A stretch of 64,000 nt of DNA from Promethearchaeota archaeon (lineage in GTDB: Archaea > Asgardarchaeota > Lokiarchaeia > Sigyniarchaeales > SOKP01): contig JAEOTA010000019.1 in the NCBI GenBank assembly GCA_016840085.1, positions 1 to 64,000 of the forward strand, written 5' to 3'. This document shows positions 20,365 to 30,967 of this stretch, piece after piece. Position numbers and translations under genes: made by a program. The notes beneath the pieces are model-generated. The model had not been told where the DNA came from. It was given only the letters and a program-made list of their open reading frames with translations, and did no database searches. The first letter of the stretch is position 1. Each line of letters opens with the position of its first letter.

Positions 20365-21675
20365 ATGATAAAAGAATTTGAAGGAAAGGTAGTTGTTATT
20401 ACAGGTGGTGCAAGCGGTATCGGACGTGGACTTGCTCATGCTTTTGCTAAGCGGGGATGTAAAATAGTTCTCGCGGATATCGATAAAGAAAATCTCGATA
20501 AAGTGTCCAAAGAACTCGGTGAAATTGGCGCTGAAGTAATGACTCAAATAACAGATGTGAGTGATCATGAACAAGTTGCTCATTTGGCAGATGCTTCTTA
20601 TGATCGTTTTGGGTCCGTTAATATACTTTGTAACAATGCTGGTATCGGATCAGGGGGACCTATGAGCTTAATGACCCTTGAGAACTGGAATTGGGTACTT
20701 GGTGTTAATCTATTTGGGGTTATCTATTGTATTCAATATTTCTTAAATCGCATGTTGAAGAGTAAAGAACCATGTCATATTGTTAATACTTCTTCAGTGG
20801 CAGGATTACTGACTGGAGATAATCAACCATACGCTGCCTCTAAATTTGCTGTAGTCTCAATTAGTGAAACCTTAGCTTTAGAATGCTTTAATACAAATGT
20901 TGGTGTTTCTGTGGTTTGTCCTGGTTATGTTAACACAAATATAATAGAAAATTCAGAAATCCTTAGCCAAACACGACCAGGACTTTTCAAACCAACACCA
21001 GAAATGATTAAAATGTCAGGACCTGCTAGGGAAAATTTTGAGAAAATATTAGCATCAGGAATGGTTCCGGAAAACATGGCGGAAATAGTAATTAAAGCAA
21101 TTGAAAACGATGTATTTTATGTAATAACTCATCCAGAATTCATTTCACCAATACAAGCTCGGTTTGAGCGAATCTATGAGGATACTTTAAAATTGCATGA
21201 GGGAATTGAAGAAAAACATGAGATTAAAACAAAAATCTTTAAAAATGATTCACCTGCGTTTTCTGTTACCTACCCAGAAAATCTTATAGAATTAAAACCA
21301 AACCCATTATTTAATCCACTAGTTAATCCAGTCTTCGTTGCTACTTCTCTAAACCTAGGTTTTGATCTTGGAATTTATGTTTCAAAAATCTCTCCTAAAA
21401 GGCGCTTAGAAGATGCCGTTAAAAAAATAGTGAGAGGCTTTAAGGCTAGGGCAAATGAGATCAAAATTATTTCCAATACCCCAATTAACTTGGGAGATGG
21501 AACACCTGGTTATGAATCTGTTATTGAATTTAAATCGGCAGGAACATTTAAGGTTAAAAGTATACATATTTCAGTTTTTAAGAATGAAAAATGGATCCGC
21601 GTTAGTATATTCGCCGGAGTTAACTTTTATGATGAAAATTTCAAAAATATTGTACACTCTCTTGAATTTAAATAA
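20365..21675 (+). CDS. SDR oxidoreductase fused to a C-terminal domain of about 150 aa
   Basis: TGGASGIG, NNAG, YAASK; extra C-terminal domain. Confidence 0.88.
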   Translation: MIKEFEGKVVVITGGASGIGRGLAHAFAKRGCKIVLADIDKENLDKVSKELGEIGAEVMTQITDVSDHEQVAHLADASYDRFGSVNILCNNAGIGSGGPMSLMTLENWNWVLGVNLFGVIYCIQYFLNRMLKSKEPCHIVNTSSVAGLLTGDNQPYAASKFAVVSISETLALECFNTNVGVSVVCPGYVNTNIIENSEILSQTRPGLFKPTPEMIKMSGPARENFEKILASGMVPENMAEIVIKAIENDVFYVITHPEFISPIQARFERIYEDTLKLHEGIEEKHEIKTKIFKNDSPAFSVTYPENLIELKPNPLFNPLVNPVFVATSLNLGFDLGIYVSKISPKRRLEDAVKKIVRGFKARANEIKIISNTPINLGDGTPGYESVIEFKSAGTFKVKSIHISVFKNEKWIRVSIFAGVNFYDENFKNIVHSLEFK

Positions 21676-21770
21676 TTATATTGAATTCTTTTTAATTAAA
21701 ACAAAATTCCTTGATGATCCAAATCTAGTGGTGGGATTAAAATTAAAGATTACCTTGATGAATAGTTACA

Positions 21771-22595
21771 TCAACCAAGATTATCTTGAATAAAATTCCA
21801 TATTGAATTATTAGCTTCCTCAGGATCTTCAATAGTAAATGCATGTCCTAATCCGTTTAAAATTTCTAATTTTGAGTTTGGCATTTTCTCATGCATTTCT
21901 TCTCTCATTCCTGGTATCGTCATTTTGTCTCTTGATCCTGAAATTATTAATGTAGGTTGAGTAATATTCTGTATTGTGTCTCGCATATCAAAGTCCCTTA
22001 ATGCTTCAATTTGATTAATCCAATCCTTATAAAGAGAGGGATCAAAAGTTTGAGCGCAAAAGTTCATGTCTTTCTTTATGATGTCAAATAATTCTTTATC
22101 TTCATTTAGTTTTTTTTTAAATACCCTTGAATATACGAGTGGGAACCAATATTCAACTCTTTGGCCTTGATCTAAATCTTTTAACGTCTGATATGTAAGG
22201 TAATTTTGATCAATTGTTTTTGAAGGATAATAGCTAAATGTACTACATAATATCAATGTTTTTATCATTTCAGGATACTTTAAAACAAATCTCTGAGCAA
22301 TCATCGCTCCCATACTTGATCCACACAAATGAATACCTTCCTTTATATTGAGATAATCACATAAATTCTTAAAATCCTCAACAAACATTTCCATGGTATA
22401 GTGATAATCTGGGCGGGAACTCTTTCCTTCACCTCGTTTATCAAAAGCAATCACTGTCATCTTATCTTTAAAAAAATCAATTTGGTAATTCCAGGATTGC
22501 AGTTTAGTAAAACTACCACTAACTAATACTAAAGGCTCTCCCTGTCCCTCCTTTATATAATTAATATCAATATTATTATAACTAAAAATTGGCAT
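21771..22595 (-). CDS. Alpha/beta hydrolase
   Basis: DKRGEG, GSSMG, GSRD, GHAF. Confidence 0.88.
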   Translation of the reverse strand: MPIFSYNNIDINYIKEGQGEPLVLVSGSFTKLQSWNYQIDFFKDKMTVIAFDKRGEGKSSRPDYHYTMEMFVEDFKNLCDYLNIKEGIHLCGSSMGAMIAQRFVLKYPEMIKTLILCSTFSYYPSKTIDQNYLTYQTLKDLDQGQRVEYWFPLVYSRVFKKKLNEDKELFDIIKKDMNFCAQTFDPSLYKDWINQIEALRDFDMRDTIQNITQPTLIISGSRDKMTIPGMREEMHEKMPNSKLEILNGLGHAFTIEDPEEANNSIWNFIQDNLG

Positions 22596-22701
22596 ATATA
22601 TATTTCTACCTTGATTTACTTTAATTAAATTAAAATTAATTAATCTGTTTTAATTTAAAACTATATCCCAATCATATTAAATTTCGAGACGAATAAAAAA
22701 T

Positions 22702-23409
22702 ATGGCTATTGAAGAAGAAAAAAATTATTATTTAAAGAAAAAAAGAACTTTGTTGAGAACGTTTAAAACAGCATTAGTTATAGTTAAAAATATTCTGATT
22801 GAATATTTTGGAGAATCCAAATTTAAAGAGATTTCTACCATTACAGAGAAAGAATTTGAAGCACTTATACCTCAAATCCCTTATGTAGGAGGAGATGAAA
22901 ATCATTTAACTGAAGATCTTATCAATGCAACTCTTTTATTACCATTACTTCGAGTTTTTGAGAAAGAAGGATTAGATTTTTATGAAATAGGTAAGTTGGC
23001 GTATGATTTGTTCGAAGCTTTTTATAAAGTAATACCTCCTACAAGTAATATTTTTTCAGAAGAGTCTTTTATTCAACTAAAAGAAAGTGCTAAACATTCC
23101 AAATTACGTAAATATAACGGTGATTGGGTTTATGATTTTGTTGAAGGTGATGGCAAAACTTTTACATACGGCACAGATTATTACGAATGTGGGGTATTTA
23201 AGTTTTATAAAAGCCAAGGTGCTGAACATTTTATGCCAATAATATGTATATCTGATTTTGCTCAAGCTCAGGCTTACGGATATGGGCTGAAACGTACTCA
23301 AACAATAGGAAACGGAGCTCCACTATGTGATTTTCGTTACATTAAAAATGGCTCTACACCTCGAGCATGGCCCCCAGATAATCTACCAGAATTTAAAAAG
23401 AGGTTATAG
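22702..23409 (+). CDS. L-2-amino-thiazoline-4-carboxylate hydrolase family protein
   Basis: IPYVGG, ECG, C-x-x-D, RTQTIGNGAPLCDFR. Confidence 0.8.
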   Translation: MAIEEEKNYYLKKKRTLLRTFKTALVIVKNILIEYFGESKFKEISTITEKEFEALIPQIPYVGGDENHLTEDLINATLLLPLLRVFEKEGLDFYEIGKLAYDLFEAFYKVIPPTSNIFSEESFIQLKESAKHSKLRKYNGDWVYDFVEGDGKTFTYGTDYYECGVFKFYKSQGAEHFMPIICISDFAQAQAYGYGLKRTQTIGNGAPLCDFRYIKNGSTPRAWPPDNLPEFKKRL

Positions 23410-23443
23410 CTCGCTATATTAAACTCTTAACTTTATAGTTCTT

Positions 23444-23941
23444 TTATATTTTTATTTTACTTAAAATATCATCAAGATAGTGGATATTTTCCTTTTCGAG
23501 TTCTACTTTTAAAGTATTTGCTAGTGAATATCTAAATGCCCATACTTCCATATTTTTCCCCAATTCTTTTACTTTCTTTACAACAGGAACAAAATCGCCG
23601 TCTCCCGACACCAATACTACTGTGTCATACGCATTTTCGTATGCTAGCGAGACGATGTCAATCGCAATATTGATATCAACTTTCTTTTCAATGGCTCCAC
23701 TTCTCGCGATCTTATCAAAACTCGCTTTAATTATGTAACCACTTCGTATTGTTAGCTCTTTATACCAACTCCTCTTCTCTGGACTCATAGGATATACAAC
23801 ACCCTCATATAAGAATATAGCATCTAATCTACGGCCACGAGTTATGAAATTTTTCAACTTTTCATAGTCCACTTTGATATTATATTTCTGAAAACCCTTG
23901 AAAATATTGCTATTATCTATAAAAATTGTGATTCGGTCCAT
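23444..23941 (-). CDS. NYN/LabA (PIN-like) domain protein
   Basis: FIDNSN, EKKVDINIAID, VSGDGDF. Confidence 0.9.
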   Translation of the reverse strand: MDRITIFIDNSNIFKGFQKYNIKVDYEKLKNFITRGRRLDAIFLYEGVVYPMSPEKRSWYKELTIRSGYIIKASFDKIARSGAIEKKVDINIAIDIVSLAYENAYDTVVLVSGDGDFVPVVKKVKELGKNMEVWAFRYSLANTLKVELEKENIHYLDDILSKIKI

Positions 23942-23968
23942 TTTAAAGACTTTTTTTGCTCTTTTTGA

Positions 23969-24817
23969 TTATTTGTCTTTTTTGATCATTTTTCGTTCTA
24001 GATTCATAGTTTCCAAGTCAATCAAAACGTAGATTAAAGAATCCTCATCTTGTCGAAATTGTCCTGGTTGAATACATATCGTATTACCTATTTGAGAATA
24101 CCATTTGCCTGAAACATCGGGAGATTCGTGAATATGCCCATGAAGCGAGAGTTTTGGCTGTTTTTTTTTAAGAAACGCATATTCTGCTTTTGACCCTACT
24201 TTTTGACCAGCATGGGTTACATCAAGATCTATATTAGCGGGGGGATTATGAAAAATATAGATAGTATTACTCATATTGGAAGATTTTACTAAATTTCTAA
24301 GCTCATCTTCAATTGTAGGGAGATTCTCGACATACGAGAACCAATCTTCAACTTTTTTGAATCCATTTGGTGTAGAAAGATATTGTTTTCCAATTTGTTT
24401 TGGATGCTCAAAATCCGTAGTATCTTTACGTGCCCTATCTTTTAGCCCAAAAGGCAAGTCTGAAACCCAATTCATCCCTATAAACTCATATTTACTACCT
24501 TCAATCTCGAACTTTGTTTGAGCCATATTAACTACATAAGAATATTTATCGCAAGTTTTTTGAAATAAGTCATCGAATATCCTCAAATCATCATTTCCTA
24601 ATTGTCCTAAGTAATAAATCTTCTTTGATTCAAATCTTGAAAAATACTCATCAAGAAATCCAGTAATAAACTTATCTTGATGTAATAAATTTCCTTTAAA
24701 TGGAAGTATATCTCCACCATTTATTACTACATCAGGTTTTAATGAAGATGCTATATGGAAAATCTCGTTATGCTTCCATTCAATCCCATGTATGTCGGTT
24801 ACATATAATAATTTCAT
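23969..24817 (-). CDS. Calcineurin-like metallophosphoesterase
   Basis: TDIHG, GGD, GNDD, HNPP, HGHIHE. Confidence 0.88.
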   Translation of the reverse strand: MKLLYVTDIHGIEWKHNEIFHIASSLKPDVVINGGDILPFKGNLLHQDKFITGFLDEYFSRFESKKIYYLGQLGNDDLRIFDDLFQKTCDKYSYVVNMAQTKFEIEGSKYEFIGMNWVSDLPFGLKDRARKDTTDFEHPKQIGKQYLSTPNGFKKVEDWFSYVENLPTIEDELRNLVKSSNMSNTIYIFHNPPANIDLDVTHAGQKVGSKAEYAFLKKKQPKLSLHGHIHESPDVSGKWYSQIGNTICIQPGQFRQDEDSLIYVLIDLETMNLERKMIKKDK

Positions 24818-24857
24818 AATTCTATTATATTATATTAAATCTCGGAGATAATCTTTC

Positions 24858-25700
24858 TTATGATTTCTTTCTCATTCGAATGATCATAACTAAAGCAACG
24901 AGGATTATACCATATAATATGAAGAGGTTGAATCCAGGAATATCTTGTTTTGTTTTAGATGGTTTAAACGGTGATATTTCAGTAGGATTTAAATGTGGGT
25001 TTTTCATAAGGAACATATGAAAACTGCCAAGTCTCTCTGTAGTTCCCAAAAGAAAAATATTATCTGATGAATCTAACACTATAGCTTCACCACTATCATA
25101 ATCAGATTCCCCCCAAGTCATATTATATTGCATCACGCCATCACTATTATATTTCACAAGAGCTATATCAAAATCTCCCGCCCCGAAACTCTCCGTAATT
25201 CCCACAAGATAAATATTATCTGATGAATCCAACGCTATTTCATGACCACTTTCATAATCTGATCCTCCCCATGTCTTATTCCATTGTTCTACACCCAACT
25301 TATTATATTTCACAAGACCTTTACCAGCAAAATAAACGTTATCAGATGAATCAACTACAATACCTCCAGTAGGGCTACTACCATAATAATTGCTCCAGTT
25401 ATGGTCCCATAGATAATAACTAGAACTGTCAAATTTAAATAGAGACACCCAATGATTTGTCTGATGTTGTTCTCCCGCAATATAAATATTGTTTGATGAA
25501 TCCAATGCAATATCAATTCCCAATCCCCCATAACCAGAGTCCCATATAAAATACCATGAATCTTCAGCTGAAATAGTGTCAGAGAGGTTAGGAATAATAT
25601 CCATACTATCTCTATTATCATTTCCTCTATGACAAATGTCAGTTGCTTGCAACATGAAGCTAAACAATAAAATGGCAATAAAAACCAACTTACTTTTCAT
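24858..25700 (-). CDS. Exported SBBP beta-propeller repeat protein with Loki-CTERM-like tail
   Basis: Signal peptide; four xxDSSxNxYxxG-type repeats; IPGFNL-TM-RKKS. Confidence 0.85.
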   Translation of the reverse strand: MKSKLVFIAILLFSFMLQATDICHRGNDNRDSMDIIPNLSDTISAEDSWYFIWDSGYGGLGIDIALDSSNNIYIAGEQHQTNHWVSLFKFDSSSYYLWDHNWSNYYGSSPTGGIVVDSSDNVYFAGKGLVKYNKLGVEQWNKTWGGSDYESGHEIALDSSDNIYLVGITESFGAGDFDIALVKYNSDGVMQYNMTWGESDYDSGEAIVLDSSDNIFLLGTTERLGSFHMFLMKNPHLNPTEISPFKPSKTKQDIPGFNLFILYGIILVALVMIIRMRKKS

Positions 25701-25879
25701 TATAATCTCGTTAAATATGAATTAGTAGGAAAATTAATTACTTTACATATTTAAAATTATTGATATCAAAATCGCTTTATCAAAAATTTAAACAATTTAT
25801 ATTTCATAAGGAGCTTAATTAACCTTTTCTAAGAATTTAGACATAGGATAAGTGTGAAAAGCTTTAACTTCAATATAAT

Positions 25880-26095
25880 TTACTTATGGTCAAAATCTTT
25901 CTTTGATTCTGTTTTAAATTCACTGTCATTGTGAGCAATTATTATACTAAATGGACAATTCATCAGTTTTCCTTTTTTATTAAAAATTTGAAACTGATAA
26001 GAGTAAGTAGGAATTACTTCATATAAATGAGGAATTTTTATTGAGATATGGATTTTATATCCATATATTTTGAAGTCTTCCATATCCAAACTCAC
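25880..26095 (-). CDS. Short hypothetical ORF or gene remnant
   Basis: 71-aa ORF with no motif. Confidence 0.3.
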   Translation of the reverse strand: MSLDMEDFKIYGYKIHISIKIPHLYEVIPTYSYQFQIFNKKGKLMNCPFSIIIAHNDSEFKTESKKDFDHK

Positions 26096-26360
26096 AGAAT
26101 AATATTATTAAAGTTAATCTATCAAGTATCTAAGCTATCATATGATATTTAAATAGGTATGGTGACTTTATGAAGTAATAAGTTCCGTTTAAATTCATAA
26201 GGTGGAAAATTTTCCCTGATTTCAGTATATCAGCAGTCTTATTACTTAGATCCCCGTATTGAGACTGTATTTAGAAAAACCGATGATATGGATTTCACTT
26301 TTCTATTGTTTGATATCATGAAAGAATAAAAATAAGCTATATTCACAATCTATAACAAAT

Positions 26361-27158
26361 TTAGCTTTTCTGATTTATTATTTCCTGCATTTTAATGTTA
26401 GGATGGTGATATCTTTGTGTTTTTAACGTTCCTTTACCAAATTGAATAGATCTTTCTGGACAAAAATTAATACAGGCTAGACATTGTTGACATCTATGCT
26501 GCCACTGGGGTACCCCCTCAACCAATGTGATGTTATTTACGGGACAAACTTGCTCACAAATTCCACAATTGCTGCAATTGTCATCAGCGTAGAAATTTTT
26601 ATCCCCTTCATTAACATCCTCTCGAAATTTGGCATTAAATCTCTCTGCTCTTGTTAAATCTTTTTTGAAAACGTTTTGATTCAGATTATTTTCTTTTTTC
26701 TTTATTATTTCCGCAATTTTTTCTACCTGCGCCTTCTCCCTTTCAAAAAACTCTTTTTGACGTTTCTCCGAGTGAATATCATAACCAATAATATAATTAT
26801 TTGGCATAGTAATCAAAAATCCTGCATTGAGTGATTTTGCTTTTGGTTTTACCTTTAAAAGCTTCTCGATCTGCTGTAAAGGTAACTCAGTGATATCTCC
26901 AGCACTCGTTACCACCGCAAAAATATATTCAGATTTGGTTAAATCAATATTCTCTATAAAATCATAGACAATCTTCGGCAATCCAGAATAATATAAGGGA
27001 AAAATAAAACCTAAATTGTCACTTGTCGACGCAAGATTTTCCCTCTGCCATATCTTCGCGATGGGTATAAGTTCACAAGCTCCTAACTTCACAGCAATAT
27101 CTTTTGCTACCTGTAAAGAATTACCTGTTCCCGTAAAAAAGTAGATTGTAGTATCCAT
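26361..27158 (-). CDS. EFR1-family flavodoxin plus 4Fe-4S ferredoxin protein
   Basis: FTGTGNS, MPNNY, CSNCGICEQVCP, CQQCLACINFCP, RYHHP. Confidence 0.9.
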   Translation of the reverse strand: MDTTIYFFTGTGNSLQVAKDIAVKLGACELIPIAKIWQRENLASTSDNLGFIFPLYYSGLPKIVYDFIENIDLTKSEYIFAVVTSAGDITELPLQQIEKLLKVKPKAKSLNAGFLITMPNNYIIGYDIHSEKRQKEFFEREKAQVEKIAEIIKKKENNLNQNVFKKDLTRAERFNAKFREDVNEGDKNFYADDNCSNCGICEQVCPVNNITLVEGVPQWQHRCQQCLACINFCPERSIQFGKGTLKTQRYHHPNIKMQEIINQKS

Positions 27159-27220
27159 ACATTCTTAAAATTATCTCTTCTTTTAGAATTTATTGGTAGG
27201 CAAAGGGCTCAAAAACAAAG

Positions 27221-28066
27221 TCATTTCAAAAATTCTACAATAACAATTTTGGCGATTTTAAGCAATTCACTGCCCTTAATCATTTTACGCGTCTTCTTAT
27301 GTAATTTAGGATTGAAAGGAATTCGAGAATACATCGTGTACCATTCTTTTATTCGTAATTTATCAGACCATTTTAAAACAGTTTTATCTGGATTTCCAAT
27401 AGGTAAAGAAAAGGATAATTCAGAACCATATTTTTTTGCTCTTCTATTTACAACTTTAGCTGCTATTTTATTAACACAATCAAATGCAATTCCTCCCCCA
27501 GGAAACTGCTCTGCTAATGCCCTGAAAAGCTTAGAAACATCCTCTTCAGTGTAATAATAAACAAATCCTCCCGCTATGAAAAAAATTCCTTTTGCCAGAT
27601 CATGATCCACATCATTCAGCCAATCAAGTTCAAATGCTGATCTTGCTAAGTAACTACTTCTTGAAGTTTCGGGAATAAATTGTTTGCGGAAGTTTATTGC
27701 ATCGGGTAAATCTAAATCATACCATTTAACCCTTTCATTATCTACTCGGTGGAAAGTTGTATCCAATCCTGCTCCAATATTAGCAACTGTAGCTTGCGGA
27801 TGTTCTTTTATGTAATCCTTGACCGCATTATCAAGATTTCGAGCTCGAACAAGAAGGCCGATACCGCGCCACTCTCCTAAAAATTCTTTAAGCTCAGAAA
27901 AATCATAGTCAATACTTGTAAGGATTTCCACGGCTTTGGGATCCTCTAATATTTCGGGATATTTTTCACTTAAAGTTGCTCGAGCCCATAACGGTCCTAT
28001 CATCGTTTCTTGAATCGATCCTTTAACAATAAAATCATGCCCTCTAATTTTTTCTTGTTCAACCAT
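27221..28066 (-). CDS. TcmP/leucine carboxyl methyltransferase-like SAM O-methyltransferase
   Basis: QETMIGPLWARA, NIGAGLDT, WYDLDLP. Confidence 0.85.
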   Translation of the reverse strand: MVEQEKIRGHDFIVKGSIQETMIGPLWARATLSEKYPEILEDPKAVEILTSIDYDFSELKEFLGEWRGIGLLVRARNLDNAVKDYIKEHPQATVANIGAGLDTTFHRVDNERVKWYDLDLPDAINFRKQFIPETSRSSYLARSAFELDWLNDVDHDLAKGIFFIAGGFVYYYTEEDVSKLFRALAEQFPGGGIAFDCVNKIAAKVVNRRAKKYGSELSFSLPIGNPDKTVLKWSDKLRIKEWYTMYSRIPFNPKLHKKTRKMIKGSELLKIAKIVIVEFLK

Positions 28067-28245
28067 TTTTTCATTCCTTATTAGGATAATAAAATTCTAA
28101 CAGCTAATAATGATACCTTTCTCTCTTACATTAACCGTCTGCTGTTTTTAAATCGTAATTTTTACTAAAAATGCCTTAGTAAAATTAAAAATACTAAAAT
28201 TAATTAATTTTGGGGGCAACCCCTTTTTTTTATCTTTTTAGATTA

Positions 28246-29016
28246 TTAAATTTTCCGCTTTATTGGATAGGCAATTTCAGATCGTTTTATAATAAAAGAA
28301 TCATCAAGATCATTAACCATACGTTTAACAATCTCAAATGGAATACCCATCGATAAGTAATCCTGAGGAAACCAATAATTTCCAGTAGGGTCAGTTGGAC
28401 CAATAATAATAGTATTTTCTGATCCATTTTCAACCATACCTGCAGGATATGTTACAAAAGAGGCACATGAAGGACCCCAAGGGATTTGTATATTAAATCC
28501 TTTTTCCGGTCGAAAGTAAGCCAATGAACATAGATTTCTTATTTGTTCTGAAAGCCCAAAACAAATTAGAGCTTTTACATCAGGATCTTGTTCATCTAAA
28601 TCATCACATTTTCGAATTACAATATATTTTCCAAGAGGTGTAATTTTTCCAATAGAATTTAATCGTTTTTCAGCAAGATCCGGAGTTGCTATTAAAAATT
28701 CGGCGGCACCATTCCTAAAATTTTCTGATCCTGTTGATAAAAAGTATTTTAACATTGGTAAAAATGTTTTATAACCAAACCACGCTTGTCCTCCTGGACA
28801 ACAACCCTCCAATGCATTATTTCCAATATATATAGCATTGATATTTTTGTTAACTGATAATGAAAAAATAGCGTTCGCTATACAACGATTAATCATTTTT
28901 ATAGGGATAGCATTATCAGGAACTGTGTCTGAACTATAGACGCACAATGGACTTGCTTTTAACCTTCCTGCTTGAGCTAATTTGACTCCTATCTCTTTAA
29001 TTGTTAAATTTACCAT
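28246..29016 (-). CDS. DUF169 family protein
   Basis: CPGG, PWGPSCASFVTYP, IGPTD. Confidence 0.7.
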   Translation of the reverse strand: MVNLTIKEIGVKLAQAGRLKASPLCVYSSDTVPDNAIPIKMINRCIANAIFSLSVNKNINAIYIGNNALEGCCPGGQAWFGYKTFLPMLKYFLSTGSENFRNGAAEFLIATPDLAEKRLNSIGKITPLGKYIVIRKCDDLDEQDPDVKALICFGLSEQIRNLCSLAYFRPEKGFNIQIPWGPSCASFVTYPAGMVENGSENTIIIGPTDPTGNYWFPQDYLSMGIPFEIVKRMVNDLDDSFIIKRSEIAYPIKRKI

Positions 29017-29127
29017 AACTATTATCTTAATATTTTTTTAAGATCTTATCATCATTTCTTGGATCGATCCTTAGCAATAAAATGATGTCCTTCAATTTTT
29101 CATTCTTCAATAGGATAATTCATTTTA

Positions 29128-29832
29128 TTAGCTCTCGGAAAGAATTTCTTTTAAAGAAGGAAGATTCTCATTCATATATTCAAATATCTCATTTGCCCTT
29201 CTTATTATTTTATCTCGTTCACGAGATTTATTTTTATGATTGTTTTCGTATCTCTTTATTGCAATCTTTCTCCATTTCTTTTTCCAAGAGGGGAAACCGA
29301 TCTTAACGAAACGTTCTCGATTTGGAAAGTCTTGACAGACCCAGTTAAACAAGATAAAATAACGCTGTGCACCTGATTCTATCGTAAGGTTACGAGAAGT
29401 GATACCGAGTTTTCTAAGATGCTCGATATATCTACCTTCCACAGCGTCTTGGAGTTCTCCTTCTATAATTGCGGGTTCATAATATATTTCATTCTCTTTA
29501 AAGTATTCTCTAACGAGATCAAAACAATTACCTCGACATAGAAGTATCCTATCTCCATTGCCGTGTTTAAGATTTTTAAGAGTTTTGATAATGACCTTTA
29601 ATATGTGCTTTTTCGCTCGATCATCATCCTTATTATCTTCATTATAGAGTCCCACGGGAACTGACTGAAATATTATTTTTCCGCTTTCAATATCTCGAAA
29701 GCCAATGAAAGCATCCCCGACGAGATCTCCCGTCCCAGCGTCATCAATTTCTATTGTTCTTCCCTTCCACTCGCTGGGATTAACAGTGGATTGGCACGAC
29801 TCATCGTCGTTTTTTTCTTTTTTTGTCTTCAT
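29128..29832 (-). CDS. Hypothetical protein with RNase HII-like N-terminal motif
   Basis: IEIDDAGTGDLVG resembles the GIDEAGRG motif. Confidence 0.6.
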   Translation of the reverse strand: MKTKKEKNDDESCQSTVNPSEWKGRTIEIDDAGTGDLVGDAFIGFRDIESGKIIFQSVPVGLYNEDNKDDDRAKKHILKVIIKTLKNLKHGNGDRILLCRGNCFDLVREYFKENEIYYEPAIIEGELQDAVEGRYIEHLRKLGITSRNLTIESGAQRYFILFNWVCQDFPNRERFVKIGFPSWKKKWRKIAIKRYENNHKNKSRERDKIIRRANEIFEYMNENLPSLKEILSES

Positions 29833-29952
29833 TACTTCTTAAAATATTTAGCGTCATAAATACGTTATGATTTTGAATTATTATTTTGAAAATGTAGCTA
29901 GTGTTTTTTGAGTACAGTTCAGAAAAAATGTAGCTTAGAAATTCATAAAAAA

Positions 29953-30810
29953 TCAATCTTTCCTTAGGAGTTTTACTTTATTTTGTGCTTCTGTTGCACC
30001 GTCAAAATCACCCACTTTTTTGAGAACTATACTGAGGTCATCCCAGGTTTCATCATCCTCTGGGTCAAGTTCAAGTACTTTTCTAAAGGCCTCTATCGCC
30101 CCCTTATAATCTTCCTTCTTCTCAAGAGCCACTGCAAGATTATACCATGCAAGTTCTATATCTGAATCGAGCTCAAGAACTTTAATATAAGATTTAATCT
30201 CCTCCTCAATATTACCAGTTAGTCCAAGCGTTAATCCACGGTTACACCATGCTTTTTCATCATTAGGATCAATCTCTAATGCTTTCTCAAAGGCTTTCAG
30301 CGCTTTTTCAAAATCATCCACCTGTATCTGAACAACTCCAAGATTAAGCAAAGCTTGAGCATCGCTTGGATTAATTTCTAGAGCTTTTTTGTAGGCTATA
30401 ATTGCACTCTCATAATCTTCCATCCTCCCAAAAGCTACCCCCAGATCAAACCAAATATCAGCATCTTCTGAATCAAGCTCTAATGCCTTCTTATATGCAT
30501 CAATCGCGTCATTAAAATTGTCTATCTCTTCAAATACTACTCCAAGATTAACCCACACTTCCACATTTTTCGGATCAAGTTCCAGAGCTTTTTTATAAGC
30601 CTTAATTTCAGCTTGAGTATCTCCATTCTGACCATGTGCTACCCCTAGATTAATCCAAGCTGTCTCATCTCTGGGATTGAGCTTTAATCCATTATTGAAA
30701 GCTTCAATAGATCCAGTTAAATCTCCCTTTTCTCCAAGTTTCACCCCAAGATCAAACCATTCTTCAGAATCCTCGGGATCTTCCACTCTCACTCTGTCTT
30801 GGCCTTTCAT
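29953..30810 (-). CDS. Tetratricopeptide repeat protein
   Basis: Repeated 34-aa WxNLG...AYKKALELDP units. Confidence 0.92.
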   Translation of the reverse strand: MKGQDRVRVEDPEDSEEWFDLGVKLGEKGDLTGSIEAFNNGLKLNPRDETAWINLGVAHGQNGDTQAEIKAYKKALELDPKNVEVWVNLGVVFEEIDNFNDAIDAYKKALELDSEDADIWFDLGVAFGRMEDYESAIIAYKKALEINPSDAQALLNLGVVQIQVDDFEKALKAFEKALEIDPNDEKAWCNRGLTLGLTGNIEEEIKSYIKVLELDSDIELAWYNLAVALEKKEDYKGAIEAFRKVLELDPEDDETWDDLSIVLKKVGDFDGATEAQNKVKLLRKD

Positions 30811-30967
30811 TGCTGTCCCTCATTACGATGTTATCAAGGAAAAAATGATAGTTATCATAATTTTTCCACTAAATGAAAGAGATAATTTCGTTTTATAATA
30901 TGTATTAAATTCTTTCCTTTAAGAAATTACATAATTTTTAAAACTTTTTCAAGATTCTTAGACTTAA

